DNA of 64,000 nucleotides, taken from NCBI GenBank assembly GCA_049598495.1, contig JBMYNR010000001.1, positions 32,001 through 96,000 of the forward strand, in the 5' to 3' direction. The first letter of the stretch is position 1; each line of letters starts with the position of its first letter. Below the pieces are notes generated by a model. It did no database searches. It had not been told where the DNA came from and saw only the letters and a program-made list of their open reading frames with translations. This document shows, in pieces, positions 61,733 through 64,000 of the stretch. The stretch comes from Opitutales bacterium. Lineage in GTDB: Bacteria > Verrucomicrobiota > Verrucomicrobiia > Opitutales > Coraliomargaritaceae. The translations under genes and the position numbers were made by a program.

Positions 61733-63280
61733 ATGAATCCATCGTCTAGATCCGTCGCTCTTGTCGGCCGCCCGAATGTAGGGAAAAGTCGCTTGTTTAA
61801 TCGGCTTTGCGGAAAGCGCATGTCCATTGTTCACGACATGCCCGGGGTGACGCGTGACCTGATCTCGACCGAGGTTCGGGATGACTATGTTCTGCTGGAC
61901 ACGGGTGGCATCGGGATGGAGTTGGAAATGACGCCCAAGAATATTGCCACGGCGGCTGAGGAGCAGGTTGAGTTCGCGATTCAGGCGGCCACGGTCATTC
62001 TCTTTGTCGTCGATGTCCGCGCTGGAATCACTGCGCTGGATGAAATGGTAGGACAGAAACTACGCCGCTACGGGGAACAGGTAGTTCTAGTCACGAACAA
62101 GGTGGATCGCGAGGAGGACGAAGGCGAAGCGGATGAATTTGTCCGTCTTGGTTTGGGCGATCCTGTTCGGGTATCTGCCGAGCATGGCCGGGGCATCCTC
62201 GAGCTCGAGCGTGAGATTGACGAGCGTCTTGGGCCGAAGCCGGAAGGTTGTGAGGCGGATAAGTCCAAGCGTATAAGGATTTCGCTCATTGGGCGCCCAA
62301 ATGTGGGCAAATCCTCGATCGGCAACAAGCTGCTCAACTCGACTCGGTTGATTGTGAGCGATATTGCCGGCACAACGCGCGATTCCGTGGAGCTTGATCT
62401 CGACTATCAGCATAAAGACGGCGAGCTGCTCAAGTTCCGCATGGCGGATACCGCAGGTCTGAGGATGAAGCGTAAGGTGGATAGTCCCGTTGAGTATTTT
62501 TCCACGGTTCGCACGCAGGCAGCGATGGAACGCTCGGATGTCGTCTTTCTTGTCATTGATGCGGTCGATGGGGTCACCAAGCAGGACCAAGCCCTCGCTG
62601 GTGAGATTCTCGATGCCGGTCGTGCGCTCGTCGTGGTGGTGAATAAATGGGACCGTATCATTGAGCAATGGGAGGAGGAACCCATCGAGGGATACAAAAA
62701 TTTAAAGCATTTCCTGAAGACTTATGAAGCGTCCCTTCGTAAAGAGATGTTCTTCCTGCCAAATCCGCCTGTGCTCTTTGTCTCGGCCAAAACGGGTTTT
62801 GAAATCGAATCGATGTTGGAGGCGGCAGCCGCACTTCAGGCCACCCTCGATATGAAACTGCCTACGGGGCGCCTAAACAGCCTCATTCAGAAACTCTTCG
62901 AGGCTCGCGCGCCCAAGTTGGTTGGGATCAAGCGTTTTAAAGTCTTTTATGCTGTGCAAACAGCCTCCCGCCCGTTGCGCATTCGGTTCTTTTGCAATCG
63001 GGTGGAGCGTCTCGAACCTTCCTACCGACGCTATCTTGAAAAGGCGATTATCCATGAGTTCCAGCTCAATGGCTGTCCGGTGCGGTTTGATCTTGTTGGG
63101 AAGGAACGGCGCTACGAAGAAGGCGAAGGCGAAGGGGCGCCTCGCCAGAGTCGTGAGATTCAGGATAAGAATCGCATACGCAAGCAGGGCGACAAAGCCT
63201 TTGAGAAGAAGCACCCCGAGCGCCGAAAGAAGATCGTTCAGAAAAAGGCCTCCCACAATCGAGGCGGCAGGAAGGGCTAG
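61733..63280 (+). CDS. der: Ribosome biogenesis GTPase Der (EngA)
   Basis: Two G domains (GRPNVGKS twice, DTGG/DTAG, NKVD/NKWD), KH-like domain, basic C-terminal tail. Confidence 0.97.
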   Translation: MNPSSRSVALVGRPNVGKSRLFNRLCGKRMSIVHDMPGVTRDLISTEVRDDYVLLDTGGIGMELEMTPKNIATAAEEQVEFAIQAATVILFVVDVRAGITALDEMVGQKLRRYGEQVVLVTNKVDREEDEGEADEFVRLGLGDPVRVSAEHGRGILELEREIDERLGPKPEGCEADKSKRIRISLIGRPNVGKSSIGNKLLNSTRLIVSDIAGTTRDSVELDLDYQHKDGELLKFRMADTAGLRMKRKVDSPVEYFSTVRTQAAMERSDVVFLVIDAVDGVTKQDQALAGEILDAGRALVVVVNKWDRIIEQWEEEPIEGYKNLKHFLKTYEASLRKEMFFLPNPPVLFVSAKTGFEIESMLEAAAALQATLDMKLPTGRLNSLIQKLFEARAPKLVGIKRFKVFYAVQTASRPLRIRFFCNRVERLEPSYRRYLEKAIIHEFQLNGCPVRFDLVGKERRYEEGEGEGAPRQSREIQDKNRIRKQGDKAFEKKHPERRKKIVQKKASHNRGGRKG

Positions 63281-63571
63281 TCGCTTTCCGCGGGGCGATG
63301 TCAATCGCGCCGACGTGTAATCCAGATTTTCAAAAGGGTCTGTCTTGTTTGAGGGTAGGACGTGCTCGCCGTTCCGAGTTGGCAACAAGACCGTTCCGAC
63401 ATGTCCGCTGTAGCCTGCGGCGGAGGGGGTAGCGTAGGCGGTCGGAATCGGACCACGTGCCGTTCGGCAAATGAAATCGTATGCCCATATCATCTGGATT
63501 GTCCGACGCTATTAGACGACGAACGGCGGTTGTTCCGGTTCGCGTCACGCCCAGTCGTGCCTGTCCCGCTA

Positions 63572-64000
63572 TCAGTTAGGCTGGTTGAACTTATAAATCC
63601 TCGGTGCGCCGTCGATTGAGGGTAGGATCGGTTCACTCCCAGTTTGGGCTTCGTGTTGTTCAGCAGTTTCAAATGCCTCCAGCATCCTTCTGGCGTCATC
63701 GCAGTGCTCGGTTCGATGCTTTTTGAAACTCAGAAGTCCTTCCACCAGAGGGATTGGGTGATCGAGTTTAGGCAATCGCTTCTCGAGTTGTAGAAGAAAA
63801 CGTTGTGCGCCAGCATAGGTGGCGACACCCGGACCGTAATACCAGCCACGTCCACGTTCAAACTCACCGCGTATATCAGGGTTGCCGTCTGGACGGTGGT
63901 AGGTCGAGAGAACGGCTTCGAGAATTAGGAGATGAGGGCCGGCTATCTTTAGCCGTTGAACGGTGGCCTCGATACAGTCACCAAAGCTCATATTGTGGCT
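63572..64000 (-). CDS. Hypothetical protein, probably 5'-truncated by the window edge
   Basis: Open frame of at least 139 aa running to the window end. No recognised family. Confidence 0.45.
   Translation of the reverse strand, partial: SHNMSFGDCIEATVQRLKIAGPHLLILEAVLSTYHRPDGNPDIRGEFERGRGWYYGPGVATYAGAQRFLLQLEKRLPKLDHPIPLVEGLLSFKKHRTEHCDDARRMLEAFETAEQHEAQTGSEPILPSIDGAPRIYKFNQPN

Overview
A gene-dense, mostly housekeeping chromosomal segment. Gene content and repeat style suggest a Verrucomicrobia (Opitutae, Coraliomargarita-like) bacterium, but this is inference and was not searched. Core genes are recN (5'-truncated by the window edge), folA/thyA, a dciA-like gene, rsmG, coaE-rho, valS, dxs/xseB, split pta, murJ, lpxB, rpsP-trmD-rplS, mdh, DAHP synthase, ygfZ, hup, leuCD, exbBD, tsaE/thiL/xth and der. 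Larger systems are a pilB-pilT-pilB-pilC cluster, a yefM-yoeB toxin-antitoxin pair, a TetR-RND efflux operon and a type II secretion operon (gspG-H-I-J-K-L-M-D plus a C-like gene, no E/F). No rRNA, tRNA, CRISPR array, integrase or transposase was recognised. The most unusual signal is the set of palindromic repeats. GTAG-type REP hairpins and doublets fill many intergenic gaps. They also sit in frame inside the N-terminal leaders of two translationally coupled T2SS genes (gspJ and the gspC-like gene) and supply the C-terminus of murJ. The REPs are themselves invaded by a 241-bp MITE (two near-identical copies, same target position, CTAA duplication) and by a 33-bp insert. Other oddities are a collapsed antitoxin-PIN toxin fusion remnant, a low-GC secretin domain within gspD, and a Rho with a long K-rich and N/Q-rich disordered N-terminus.
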